Part shown: piece after piece, positions 25,292-38,899 of the stretch
Layout of the letters: each line of letters starts with the position of its first letter
How positions within the stretch are numbered: position 1 is the first letter of the stretch
Assembly: GCA_036172245.1 (NCBI GenBank)
Contig: JAYWIR010000001.1
Coordinates: forward strand, 3,658,001 to 3,722,000
DNA from: Raillietiella orientalis
Taxonomy: Eukaryota
Direction: 5' to 3'
Length of the DNA: 64,000 nucleotides
Notes under the pieces: model-generated
The model's input: the letters and a program-made list of their open reading frames with translations, nothing else
Database searches by the model: none
Told to the model about the DNA's origin: nothing
Program-made: the position numbers and the translations under genes

Positions 25292-28200
25292 TGCCATTGG
25301 CTCTAGTTGTGTTGCTTGCAAGAACTATTCCATTGATGGATATTTTTTTTGTTTGATACTCATGATGGTTTAGACCATATAAACACTCGGAATTTACAGT
25401 TCAGTACCTAATATACGTTTAAATAATGTAAAAAGAAAATGCTTCTGGGCGTGTATAGCCATAGAAACCCTCAATTTTTCAAAGTTAATCGTGTGTTTCC
25501 AACATATTGCTAAAGAGCTCTTGTTAAATCAATCTAGCATTACCGCTGCTTAAAAAGGCAAGAAGACCACTTTGCATCTGCCGGTTTTAGTATTGTGAAG
25601 TTCTTTATAAGCTGGTTCAGGAAGATGGTCTTGAAGTCTGTGGCGATTTCAAGTGAGAACCAGCCAGGTTTACCCGGATTTGGCTTATAAATTCTTCGAA
25701 GAAGGTGAACATAGTGAACTTGTTTACAATCAAATGTTACTGAAAGTTATTATGATGATAATGATCTTATTATAGTCAAAGTAGTATAGCTACTGGAGAA
25801 TTCTTTGTATAAAAGAGACGTGGGTTTAATAGCTGATGTTTTACTTGGGTAAGTACAGTAATCTGTAAAGTGTGTTTTTTTTTTTTTAGGATTCGCAATT
25901 AAATCTCTGAAAATGAAGCACGAAATAAGGTATTTTTTATTGTTTTTTTTAATGGAATGCAAGTTCTATTTTTTTTTTTACATATATTGTTTCTAAGTTC
26001 GTTAGATTTATAAACCACATTGCTTTTCGAATCCAGTTTTACATTGTTTTGTTTATAGTCTTGTTTGCTAATTTGAGGGAGATCTCAAACCGTGTTTTTT
26101 CGAATTTTTAGTCTTTTACAGAAGGGAGAGTCAATTGTGTTGCTCAGTTTTCTGTTAGCACTTTCAGTAGTATTTCTATGCAATTTTTGATAGTCATATT
26201 TTGTGAACCTTTACTTCTATGGGTTCCAAGCATCTGATTTCAAAATGGGAATCCAATACAAAGATTTTCAATAACTTTGCAGTAGTTTAGGATACTTTTT
26301 TGCCATTGTGTTTTGTGCATAATCCTGTTTTAACTTTATGCCCATCTGTTCCTTTTTTAATTTTTTAATGCATCTAAAAAATTAAACATTTTCTGGCGAA
26401 TTCGCAAGCCTGCATTTAAAATTCCATATACTTCCATGAATCAAGTAAAGAGAAAGGGAAATAAAGGATGCTGGAACATGGATACACATTAGATTTTTTT
26501 CTTTTTTTTCATCATGTTGAATTCAGATTAGTGTCAGTTACATCGTAAACTCGTACTTTGGAGTTGCTGCATATTCTTTGTGAACTTTTAGTCATTTGAT
26601 AAGTAGATAGCTTAGATAATCTAATTTATTTGTATATGCATTTGAAAAAATTGCTTTCCGATTTATTTTTATTTATTATAGAATCTGGGAAAGTTGGACT
26701 GGAATATTTTTACCACATTACTATATCAAAAGTTTGCTTCAGTGTTTCCAGAATTTTGTGGATGCTCAAATTTTTCAAGCACATCAGGTTTGAATTCTGA
26801 GAGATCATTAAATTCTACTTCTAAAAAGAGCAAGATGAGAATGAAAAACTAAAAATTTGCTCATCATTTATCAAAATATACAATGTAATTTGTAATAGAT
26901 GTGATAAAGTGACAGACCATAAGGCAGACTGAATGAAAAAGAATGGTTTTCTCCATGTGTCTTGCATTCTTCCTCTGCTTTTGCTTTAGCACTATATCCA
27001 CTAGATTTTGACTGTTCACCTTAACATTTATGCTGTTTACACGAACAATGCAGAATCTTGTTTCTTATAGCAGAAGCATAGGATTTTTCTGATGCATCAG
27101 GTGATGTAATTGAGATGATAGCAATAAGAATTTTGGATTACCATCCTTGATTTTTCATATTAAATTGGAGCAACCATTTCTCAAAGAACTGCAAATTCTC
27201 ATGAATAATTAGCAAAGAATTTCTCATAAATATTGCATTCCACTTAATATGTCTTGACTATGCAGAAAAGTTAAGATATGTAGCATTTTCTATTGCATTG
27301 CATTACATTCTAACAGCATTATACAGAGTTGATTTTTGTTAAGCAATATCAGATGAATGCTTTAAATAATTTCAGTGGACAAGTTGGGATTATTCCTCCT
27401 CTAGAAGGGATAATTGCATTATATTTAAAGCTTTTGTTAGTTCATTCATAATCTAAAGATTTTTGACAATACGAAAATTTCATATAATGGGTCTGTTCAT
27501 ATTTTCACCACATTAAAAACAAGTGTTGGTACCCATTTATGCAGTTTATGACCATCAAAGAATGATTTTTGTTCATTTATAATCTTAAGACTGAAGTATA
27601 ACTAGTGACTGAGAACTTGTAAAATTTTCTTTGCCTTTTAAGTTTTAAATACAACTTTATATCTTAATAAATAGCAGTGTTCATTTTTTCATACAAAACA
27701 CAATTAGTTTTTTTCCATTTTTGCATTGATATAAAAATTTTATTCAAAAACCCAGATGGCATTGCATCTTAAAAGCAGAGCTTGAATAGTGAAGAGAATG
27801 AATAAATGGAAGCAGAGGAATAGCAGTTAATTGATATGGCTGTCAACAGGGGAACATACTGAATTAACAGTAGAGATGACTGTAATACCCCTATCCTGTT
27901 GTTGCTAAATGTATGAAGCTGATGGTGCACTATGGAAGAATGTTCCTTCAACTTCATAACAGTGTTAAGAACCATCCATATTTGAGAAGTTCAGAAACTT
28001 ACGTGATTAAAAGTTATGAAATATTTCAATAAAGGGAATTTATTATGAATTTTCAGCAATGGTTATTTCACTTATCCAGGTACACCCATATGACTAGTAC
28101 TAACATAATGATTTACTGTATGTATTAATAAGTTTCTTGTAAATCATGAAATAACAATTGGGAAATCCAACTGACAGTAAAAAAAAGTGTTTTCATGAAT

Positions 28201-28379
28201 TGCATCAAACTGCCTTTTTGCAAGAGAGGAAAAGACCGTTTATGAAGCTTCTGGTGTTTTGAGATGCAATTCCCACAATTTGTTTTGATAAATCCTACGT
28301 TATGTTCTGGATTCGTTATTGAAGTGTCCGGTTGTGCATTAGAATTCAACTGATTACTATTTTTCCTTATTGTATCGAA

Positions 28380-29520
28380 GAAATTCTTCGTTCGTAAAGT
28401 AGCCTTTGAACGAGTAAGTAGAAATGATCCCGCAGAGGTTTATGGTGTTTTGTTTCGATTTCTTCGATGAAAAGGGACACGGAACATGTGTTTCTGCTAA
28501 GAATACATCCCTCTTCAAAGACACTCTCTTCACAATGTGGCAAGTAGGAGTTGCCAGGGTTTCTAAGCATTTTTCCTGGTCTAGTGGTAGCACGGTGGTG
28601 GCATGTCTGAACCGCTTTCGATAACTCCGGGTCTGGGAGAAATTTATTGCCAGAGGGAAAGCTTCTGAAAACACTTTGCCGATTTCAAAAAATGAGTGAA
28701 GTGTTGTTCGTGTTTCCAAAACCATTCCTGTGTTATCGATTCGGTTCGCGTATTTGTTAGACCTTGCGTGTCCGCGCTCTGATGTCCGTGATGGATGGAC
28801 TTACTCGTCCGATCGAATGATTCTGTGGGGCGTTGGGGGTGAGGGGGTGGGATCCGGCATTCGAGTCGAAAGCAAGTCATCTTTTACACTTTTGAATGAG
28901 AGCGTAAGAAAGATTTTTTCCCCTTGTCGTTTTTTGCGGATGCTTGCGACAAATTGCAAATGCGAGCAAGGAAATACCTTCCAATTTAGGGGCATTCCGT
29001 TTTATTTTTTGCGATTTGTTTTCTCGATCAGTTATCCGTGGATGTGGAACTGCAAGGAACAGAGTTTCAAATAACCTCGGTAAGGAACGCGGAAGAGCTC
29101 GTTGCAGCATTCCGGACGTCCTCCAGATCGTGCAAGGTGGCAAAGACCGTCGTATTCATTCGCAAGCTGGAGAACACTCGATGCAACAGCCAGAGAATTG
29201 CATCTTTTTGCTTTCTGTGTTTTGAATACTAAAGCTTCACACAGGGAACTACGTTCACCTAAAGACGTTCTTTCCCGTCAGCTCCTTCACGTTGTAAAAT
29301 AGAATGAGACCAAGTGGCCTCTCCTTGAAGTGGTGCTTCCCGAGAAGAGTAGGAAACCCGCTGCTTAGAGATGAAATTGCACTCACGTAGACGACAAAAG
29401 ATGAAAGTTGTGTGTACGGTAGAATTTACAGACTGTACCATCCCGAGTCCACGGCCTCTTCGGTGGCCAAGTGTAGGACTTTTTTCGTTGCTGCTGCGTA
29501 GGCACTCGTGCTCCATTTAT
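28380..29520 (-). mobile_element. Degenerate hAT-superfamily transposase remnant
   Basis: Collinear decayed hAT motifs: CTIWRTSGMLQRAL (TRWNS..ML.R), LLSTRMPDP (ATxLDP), and LATPT..VKRV / GCILSRNTCSVS (C-terminal dimerisation domain). Recognised by eye. Confidence 0.5.
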
Positions 29521-31191
29521 CCGGAAGTGCTTCCTCTATTCTCTTCGGAAGCTAACTTTAAAAAAAAAAATGCATTGCATCGCGATGAATCGTGAAAAGT
29601 TTCTTCTAGGCAATTATCTGGAGTTTTTTTGGTAATCTAATAGGAGGACTTCGTAGCATCTGTCTGCTCTCATGTCTTAAGAAGTTTTGAATGCTCATTA
29701 GCGTATACGCTTTTCTAAGACAGACAAGTTCGTGTTTGTAGGCTCAAGAAGAAGTTAATGCTAAAATGAGAACATCTCATTTAGGTGTGCACTGATAGCT
29801 TGAAAAATGCTGCTTCCTTGAAAACACTTTGCAGATTCCTTTACTAGTGGTTTGTACATTATTAATAGAAGCTATCCAGAAACGATTGTTCTTCATTAGT
29901 TTCATTGAGAATTTATGTGACCGTTGAAGATGAACTGAGCACAGATGAAGAATGTCTTAGAACTTTCAAACTGAATAGGAAAAGGAAATTAAAGGAATGC
30001 CCTAACGGCATAATGAGCTGTACCGAAGAATGAATTGCTTAAGCTTATGTTGAAAAAAGCATAACGGAATGATAGCACAAATCATTGGCAGACTAATAAA
30101 AAAGGCGGAAGTACCCAATGAGTGGGAAAAAAGAAAAGAGAATAATTGTGCCACGTACTGTTTGGAAAATCGTCAGGAGAATAAGTCGAACACTGGAATC
30201 AAGAAAAATTCACATAAGATTCCTATCACACACTCATGTATCTGGTGATCAATTTGCTCATCACCTATGCTTCTTATTTGTTATGCCATCATTTTTATTG
30301 ATGGGTGCCACGGAAACTGTCTGCAGCTCTCATTTCAGGAAGCTGATTTCCAATGATGTTGCAGGAACAACAACAAAAGATAGGGAAGACTAAAATTTAG
30401 CATTCCGTTCTCCTGGATGTCTTCGACGTTTGCTTGTTTATGTCCTGATTGGAGCATTTCTTAAAGGAGTGTCGACATGCTGTGTTTCACGGTAAGCCGA
30501 TCAGACCATGGCAGGCCGCCGGTCTTGGTTTGCCCTGCAGCCGCTGGCCAAACTTTTTTGGCCAGAGATGGAAAAATATCAGGCAAACATGTTTGAACAC
30601 GCGGTAAATGGAATCCAATCTACAGCTCTGGAACCACCAGCCGTTGTGCATTGATGCTTCCGTGTAGAATCGATTTATCTTCAGAACGCAAGTAAAGGAA
30701 AAGATGCAATTTCAAGGTGGCTTACATAGTTCAGTTGGTTGTATTCAAATGGCTATTGTCATGCATTCATACAACATTACTCACTAATATCCACCACAGG
30801 TAAGTTAATAGATCCCCTGCAAACAATTCTTAATTAGGTGGGCATTTGGTTATGATTTTGTGCTTCGCGTGTCTTTTGACGATTTTGTATGTTTGTTTAG
30901 AATAGGGAAGGTAATGGAGAGGAGGTAATGGATCCATAAGTGAATTTTAAACATGCTGGAAGCTCTACTGTGTAATAATGCACATCATTCGTTGTTCTTT
31001 TTTCCACTGAAGCGATTGAGTGGTGTCCTGCTTTGCTTGCAACTGCATCTCTTCTTCTCAGGTGAACAAAGACTTCCGCAGACCGGGATTTCTTTCATAG
31101 AGGTGCATTATTCGGCAGCACCAGATATAAAGATGATTTTGAGGGAGCCAATTCCAACCAAGAATGCACGTTGTCTTGCTTGTGTACTTAC

Positions 31192-31258
31192 CGTATAAAG
31201 ATACAAACACAGCTTGACGTGACTGAATTGTTTTACCATATGACGTATGATATGTGCA
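31192..31258 (-). CDS. Candidate 67-nt exon, possibly the C-terminal strands of an Ig domain
   Basis: Strong acceptor tcttttctttag and donor G|GTAAGT. The phase-0 frame reads CTYHTSYGKTIQSRQAVFVSLY, but a second frame is also open and no partner exon was identified. Confidence 0.3.
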
Positions 31259-32449
31259 CTAAAGAAAAGATCACGTCAAACTTTCTGCTGGCACTCATTA
31301 ATGTAAGCACTCAATAAAAGCGTCGAACAGACTTAGCGAATGCATTTTTAATATAAATACCTCGTGAATTAATTTTTCTTTTTTTAATCCTTCTTTGTCC
31401 GCTTATGTTGTCCAAGAACCAAGAATAATTGAGTTGATTACTGTTCATGGAATCGACACCAGTTAGGAAATCTTCGCTTCCGGGTATCTTGTGAATGCCC
31501 GTTATTTGATTTTAAATGGATAGGAGGGAAGAAATAATAAGATGACGCGAATACCCCCAATGGGCAGTTTCAGTGCTAAAAAAGGAAAATCAAAAAGAGA
31601 GGCTTCTTCGTGAACCTCCGAAACCAATTTTTTCAGTGGAACATCAAGGAATATTCGATCGAGAACGCCAATGCAGACAGAGGTCGGAAAAGACGGTTGC
31701 CACTTCAGGAAATTCTCCACATCATTATGATCCTTTTCGGTAGATCAATGAACAACACCCTCCCGGAGGACAACATTTTTTAAGTGGGCAACAGCGAGAC
31801 AAATGATTAGGGGCGATCATTATAGAGTTGATAACTTTGTGATCAAGAACTTCCTAAAATTGATTTCAGGAAAGTTCTTTTTCATGTTTCTTCCTTTCCT
31901 TTTTTCCCAAATCGCAACATGATTATTTGCCCGGTGAAGGGGATCTCCGAGCTCAGTGACCAGCGTAGTTTTGAGGGTTTCCCCAAACACGGGCCTTGGG
32001 TTTCTGGAAATGATGTCATTCTTCGTACTCACTAGAAAGATTCCTTTAGAGCACAGTGAAAAATCTCGACTGTCAAGTTGAAGGTTCCTCTAAACTTGCT
32101 GTTAGAACCTACTCAATTTTCGTATGAGCTTATTTTGGTAAAAGAAAAAAAAAAGGGAGCGATGTACAACGCTTAGATAGGGGAAAAGATGATTTGACAC
32201 AGTATTTTCACCTTTTTTACAACTGCTATGAAGATGGATGAATGTTCAGTTATTAGATAAAGATCTCCAAAAACTCCTTGTTGGCAGACTGAAGAACAAA
32301 ATATGGGAACAAGTCGAAAGGAATTCATCCTGAGAGCATCATCTTCGTCTTCTGGCATCCGCAAGTTGGAAGCACATATTGACGCTTTTCTTTTTCTTGA
32401 CCTGGAGTGAGAATTAGCCGTAGTACACGCCTCTTCAAGGAAACGCTTC

Positions 32450-34600
32450 CGATGGATCAGATCCTGGTACTGACAGCGGCACTAACATCCTGGTACCGAA
32501 ACACCGAAGCGATTGACAAAAATTCGGGCGCGACAAGGCGCGCGTCCGGACAAGTCAAGGTAAAATGGGCGTTACAAGAAGGGATGCTGAGGGTCGCAAT
32601 CCGTGAGCTCAACAGTCGGCTAGCAGACGAAAAAGAAAATCGTCCCCGTTCTGCTCGCAGTTCAACGAAAGTGGCATCTCTTGCCATAGAAAGTGGCCAG
32701 ATCAAAGGAAGACCGCGTTCTGGGCAGCATCGCGCTTCGTGGCACTTCCCATCCGAAGAAGGGCACCTCCGATTCGTAGGTCGTGGATTCATTCATTCGG
32801 CATAATTCGACCTTCTTCCCGGACGGGCGTCGCTCATCGGAGTCTCTCGACCAAATCCCAATTAGATAGATCAACAACTAAGCGATGATTACGGACAGGT
32901 ACGACGAGCCGGTGACCCAAATCAAGAATACCACTACCAAATACCAAGAGTTAGTAGCCGGGAACGGATCGCTCAAAGTGGAAGCCGGATCCAATGGTCC
33001 AGTGCGAAGGGGAGGAGGTCACACTGGACAACTACGGATGTTCATCTATAGCTTTGGAAGAGATGAGGCAGAAAGTGGAGAGCGGATGTTAAGGACTGGC
33101 TCTGCACTTGGCCTCTAAACGAGTGTCCGTTGCTGCAAGAGCAATGGTTGTCTTCCTTTGAGATCTCAGGATTCAAGAAATGCCAAAGTGTCGAGAGAAG
33201 CGAAAATTCTCAAGAGGCAAGTGGAGCACATCACAAGAGAAATGACTCGCTCGCACATATAGTGCTCTTGGAGTTGGCCTGCTCTTTATGGATCTTGAAA
33301 GTGCTTTTAGAACGATGCCTTAAGAACTCCTAGGGTTCTGAAAGAAAGCGGGTCAGACAAACGGATCCATCATCCGGAACCACTAGATAGATGAACGCTT
33401 TCAGCACAATCCAATTAGAATCCCGCTCTTCAAAGATGGCACAAAGATGGAGAGGATAGACCGGAGATGCTGAGTGATCTCCGCTTCGTGTTGAATATAT
33501 CCACGGAGATCTGTGTGTTTCAGGATGCACTGCAGAGTTTGCAATGAGGCCGAGATGCTCATAAATCCAGCCCTGAGGGCTTCCTTGTACTTGTACTTTG
33601 AGGAGGTGCAGCTGGAAGGAGTCAAGCGACAATCACAACCAGCATCGGCAACAAGACCGTCCCTCCCCTTCAGCTCCACGACGCGTACAAACATTTCGGA
33701 AAGCCTTCCAGACTTGAAACAGCCATAGTAGAGCATCAGCTGTTGGCACAAAATAATCAGTACACTGGAATCTGTTCTTTCCTTGTGACAAAAAAGATGG
33801 GCTTTCTACATACCAAGCTCGTCCACCAGCAGGGACTCGGGCTGTTTAAGAAAAACGGAATGGGTTCTTCTAAGCACCAGCACCCGCCAGCAGAGCAAAA
33901 GAAGCGTGTGCTTGCCGAGGAGAAAGGCAAAAGAGTGTCTATACTCAAAAAAAAGCGGGGGATGTGATGACCTTCCTAACCTCCCGAAATGAAGCAGAAA
34001 AGTTTGGTTCTAGAGCTGCTTCAAGCTGCTGACCACGCAGGACGCAACAGTTCAAGAGCCAACCCAGGATACCCTGTGGGTAATACGAAAACGAATCCTA
34101 AAGAGCGAGACCCTGAGATCGACTCCCAATCCCGGCCTCTCATCGATGCATCCGGTTTTTCAGCTGCAGGTGCCGCACTCAAATATGGATCAACCAGCGT
34201 CATCTTGCGGGAGAAACTCGAACCCGCTATGCTCCCATTTCTGCGGCGTCGACTCTTTGCAAGTACTCGAACCGCGACGCTTGGTGCCGCTCTCAGAGAC
34301 CGCAAGTACATGGCCTTCGGCGCGGGCTTCAACATACGGAGATCTGGGAAGATCTCTGTCAGGCGCCGTCGTAGATGAACACATTGGACCTGGAAGCGAT
34401 ATAAGGGGTTTGCGGGAGGGGTGCCAGACCTCTGGTCCACAGCGGGCACTCAGGACAACTGACAGCGGCGAGCTAAGATTCACCGTTGACGGACTCACTT
34501 TTATGAGAACGTGAGGATAGATTGAGAACGCTCGAGTACAAGGAACCATGGCGTTCCTTCTTGGAAAGTCATCCAGACCAGGGTGCGGCTATGTTCTGGA
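32450..34600 (+). mobile_element. Probable degenerate non-LTR retrotransposon of a restriction-like-endonuclease clade (R2/NeSL/R4-like)
   Basis: RT-like pieces (Y..PVTQI..LKVEAG; ERML..GL), then NPLCSHFCG (zinc-finger-like) and GVPDL...TVDG..YEN...LEYK (PD..D RLE-like), in the expected order. Heavily decayed. Confidence 0.4.
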
Positions 34601-35849
34601 TCTCTCAACATCGCACTTCCGGTTCGAGTTCCCCTTCAGTGGGAAGTACAGATTACCTTTTCGTGAACGATGCTCACACCAGCCTCGTTCCTGTTGCCGG
34701 TCACGCGTGCAAATGTGCAACTGGTAAAGAGTCACTTCGGCTCATCCTCAGCAATTCAACTGTAACTCCTATGTAGTCACGAAGACTTACGACAAGCAAG
34801 TCGACAAGGCTAAGAGGATGATGGAAAACTCCTCATCTCCTGCCTCCAATCCATCCTCGGGCGGCTTGCACCCTCTGACAGGACCCGGTACTCCAAAGCT
34901 CACTCACTACAGTCACCCTTAGGAAAGAAACTACTGGAACCTGGTGTACACTTCTCCCTTCGCTGCGTGCTTTGTGCTGGAATCTCTCCGCGCGTGAGAT
35001 CCAGCCAATGGCAAGGTCTTGAGGGAATCGAAGATTCTATGGAAAAGATTTGGACTTTTTAGGGAAGAAATAGCATTATTCAGGAACATTTAGCAATCCC
35101 GCTTAATGCATTGAGAGCATTAGATGAGTTATTATGAGTAAACAACCTTCAGCTACACAGCACTACTCCCTGAACACTAGAGGAACACACAGGGTCTGAG
35201 GCTGCAAAAGAGTTGGTCGCAAAAGAGAGCTTCTTCCTACCAATTTGTGGAGGGAAGGGGAGGAGAATAAAATAAAAACCCACCGAGCGTCTTCCCCATC
35301 AGCTTTAAGAAAAATCGTACCGAGATGTGCACTGGAAACTCACGTAACAAGAGAACCTCAGGAAAGTACAGGGGGAGTTCAAGGAAGAACGTCGAAACTT
35401 TCTGTTCATCTGTTCGAATATCCCCTTTCCAACATTATTTTATGTTGGAAGAAATAGTTGGTTCCCAGATTCTTTTGCCTACATCCTGTTGTGTTCAGAA
35501 ACCACTGAACACTGCTGCGAATTACTGCAAATCGTCTTATAACATTGCGCGGAGCGAGTTCTTGGATCTTCATCCATCATCGCACCCTTTTTGCTCTTCA
35601 TCGTGCTGCACCCACGGCCTTTCGAAATAGCGACAGTGTTGAGTGATTTCTTGCCTGATAGAAGTTTCGTGGAACTGGAAGAATCCAAGTCTGTGTCATG
35701 AAAATTACGGTAGGGAAAAGCAGGAAAGAAGAAAGTTTCATAAGCCGAGGGTGATCAGAACAAAATCATTTGGACCAGATGTTTAGTCTTCCGAGATTTC
35801 GAGAGGACCAGGAGCTCATCCGTTCCGAACAAGTAAAGATTGGGAAAAC

Positions 35850-36963
35850 ACATGGAGAGAGCTCCGGAAAAGATTTCAATTCATGATAAGTCAGGCATCA
35901 TGAACGAAAACGGAAGAAGCCATGGAGTTGTTTGGGCGACTGCTCTTCCGTTCGCTTTGGGGAGAAGCGAAGTCGGAAGCTACCAGCATGCGGCCTGCGA
36001 TCTTTACAGAAAGGAAGGAACGGAGGCAAGCGGGTACTGTGAAGTCCGGATTAATTCAAGCACGACAGATGCTCGGGGCAATAGAGCTGCGTGTGGTACG
36101 GAACAGTGCGGGTTCGAATACCCGTAAAGAATCGACATCAGCTGGCTGACGCATGTAGCCCCGCCGCCCTCCATAAAGGAATTCTTCGCTGGGAGGAACT
36201 TCTGAACATTCCCTGACAAAACGCACAGAGTCTTTCAGTGTTTGTGGACAACTCTATGCTTCCCTTGAAGTGGAAGGACTCACCATTGCAATTGTTGCAC
36301 TGGGCGATCCATGCAACGCGGGAGTCCACCACTGGGCAAGAGGGAGTGCAGTCCCAGAACTGTGCCAGGTGTGGGGAACAGGGAACCTTCCCACACCTGT
36401 TGTTGGATTGTGTTTTCCCTCCTGTGAAAATCTGGAAACGCTTCGCTGCTGCCTTCCCGCTCCCGATGGACAGCGGCAGAGAGGTCTTGCGGTGCCTCTT
36501 CGTGCGCGACTCGATGGTCGTCTGCAGCTTCCCACCTTGCAGCTCCGTGCTGCCTTCGTGGGAAGGTGGTGGCGAGGAGCCGCGCCGAAAGGACTAATCG
36601 TACGGTGAGCCCATCGTCTGCTCGTTCATGAGGAAGGCGATGAGATGGCCACATTTCTGCCAAGAAAAAGAGGGAATTGTCAATACCTTACAGGGAATGC
36701 TGAGGATGCCAGGAAGAAATCTGGGGCCCTTTTTCTTCCACCCAAACATTTTTTTTGTGGGTGTTTTTTTGTTTTTGTTGTTTTCTTCCCATTCCTCCTC
36801 TGCGTATCTCATCGGGAACGCTGCTCACGAGAAGCAGCGTCCCCGAGGAATTTCCCTTCGTAGTGGTGAAGTCACTACGAAGGCACTTTTTATATCTGAT
36901 ATGACTTTTTTTTGGTGCATATTTTTTTTTTACAATAAACGCCCCGTCATGACTGGGTGAAAG
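35850..36963 (+). mobile_element. 5'-truncated Tx1/L1-like LINE (same family): ORF2 C-terminus plus 3' UTR
   Basis: GILRWEELLNIP...LLHWAIH...QNCARCGEQGTFPHLLLDC..VKIWKRF (CX2C..H..C, zf-RVT-like); ends in AATAAACGCCCCGTCATGACTGGGTGAAAG. The 5' boundary is uncertain. Confidence 0.7.
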
Positions 36964-37790
36964 AAAGGATCGGCTCCAGAGAAACGGGTGTGTCGTGGCT
37001 TTCGAGTCCCCCCCGCAGGATGACTCTGGTTGGCCTGTAGGCTTTGTTTGCGTCACTGGTTGACATCCGGTCACACCGGAGCGTTTATTTATAAAATAAA
37101 CATACATGTCTGTGGCAGGACGTTTGATCCTACTGCGTTACTTATGGATACGAAAAGGAACCTGCCAGGAGTGCGGCACTGGTAAAATACGGAAACCGGA
37201 TTCCCCCCTTGACTGACCGGGATTAGAAGTCGACGCTTCGAGGTCCTTCTAGGAATCAAGGAGTCGGTTCCATTCTGGATTCTCCTCCGGTTGTGAAAAT
37301 GGAGTCATCTTCATCCTCGGAAGCGGACCCTCCATCTCGTACCATGGAGTAGATGTGTTACCACCTCTCCAGAGAGTGTAAACAAGCGTACCGCTCCCTT
37401 CTGGGAGCGCCCTTTGAAGAAATTTCGAAAGCTCTCCTTCAGGGACCTCTTCAGAGGAGGAAACCAGAAACGATTTCCTTGCGGAGAGTTTCTCCGGAGA
37501 AGAAATTCTTAATAGCGGATCCTTTCCGGGTTCCCTTCGGAGAAGAAAATAAGGAGCGGCCTCCACCGGGAGGATCCATCCGGAGGGAATAAGGAAGATA
37601 CAGCAAGGGTGGCGGTCTCCCTTCGAGGTTCCCTCCTGAGCGTAAATGGAACGGACTTTTTCCTCCAAAGCCCTTCCTGGATTCATATGGTGGTCCCTAC
37701 GGGTTGCACCCTATGAATTGAAGAGCGACACGCACCCTCGGGCGGCGTGGGCAGTGTCAGAGTTTTGTGAGCCCTCCGTAAGCAAGCGAA
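36962..37790 (+). repeat. Long structured SINE-like repeat, copy C (interrupted at ~37058-37168)
   Basis: AAGGATCGG..GGGTG..GTGGCTTTCGAG..GATGACTCTGGTTGGCCTGTAGG, then GCGGCACTGG..GGAAACCGGAT...TTCCTGGATTCATATGGTGGTCC..AATTGAAGA. Collinear with copy E. Confidence 0.75.
37058..37168 (-). mobile_element. Short LINE 3'-UTR fragment inserted in reverse orientation into a SINE-like copy
   Basis: Reverse strand GTAACGCAGTAGG...CCACAGACATGTATGTTTATTTT..AATAAACGCTCCGGTGTGACCGGAT matches 12546-12720. The SINE-like sequence resumes on both sides. Confidence 0.65.
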
Positions 37791-38899
37791 TGGTTCTTCA
37801 GTACTTAGGGGACCAAGAAAAAACAAAAGAATGCTAAATATAAATACTGAGCAGCCCCATCATTTACATTTCCTCATCAGCATTTAAACAAGAGGATCCG
37901 AAGGCCGATGGAGTCTTCGGCGTGTCTTCGCAGACTCCGGGAAGCGATGTTCGTGCGCGGTGAGACTCTAGCAAAGCGTTCCCATAAGATACCTTGCAGT
38001 CCGTGACAAAAATGCGTCACATGGTCCGGAAAGGCGGCTGTCATTCTTTTACTCTGCAGCAACTAGAGCTCTCTTGGATCGAACAATGTCGGAGAGCAGA
38101 CTTGTGACGCCAGGTGCACGACATGACCTGGATGTTCCTTCGGTGTTTCGACTCCCCGTCGCTGTGTGCAGGGCCGTTTCTTTCGAATAGGCAAAAGGGG
38201 ATGAGAAGTCGGACGAGATTTCGAAGGTTGGGAATCCTATGAGGATGATGGAGAGGAAGGAACGTCCTGTTTCCGTTGTCACAGTCTCTACCCTAATCGA
38301 CTATGGTCACGTCCTCCAATTCTCTCAGCCGGAGGATCGGGTCGCTTGGGCTGGGCGTCATCAGCGAAGCCGGATACCGCATCTCCGATATCCGCATCGT
38401 GCTCCCCTTCCTCCTCCCGCTGCAGCAGCTTGTAAAGGACATCCCATTCAGAGATATTTGGGAGGGGGACATCGTTGTCGAACTCTGGAGCCCGCAAGCG
38501 GAGGCCCTTGCCCTCGGGACCCTGCGGGTTCTTCCAGACCGGATCTGCAGCGCCTGCGCAGAGATTCCTTCGGGGCTCCTAGGGAAGACCCACGGGATAC
38601 GTGCCGGAAACTCCAAGCGCCCCCGGAGCGAGTTTTGCTACTACCTTCCTTCGGGGCTCGAGCCCCGTCCTGAGTTCCCGAAGAACTGGAATCTCTCGGA
38701 GTTTCCCTAGCGGCGAGTTCGGATTGCTTTCCTCTTAGACCCCTTTCCGGTCGTCGTTCAGGAAAGGGTCTAATGGGGTTAAAGGGGTCCGCCATAAGGA
38801 CTCCCCCATCCCCCCATCCCACCCAGAGGCGACTCTCGACTCGGGTTCCGCCATCACCATCTTGAGATCCCTCGCCTTGCACCGGAGCAGCGACCGCTT

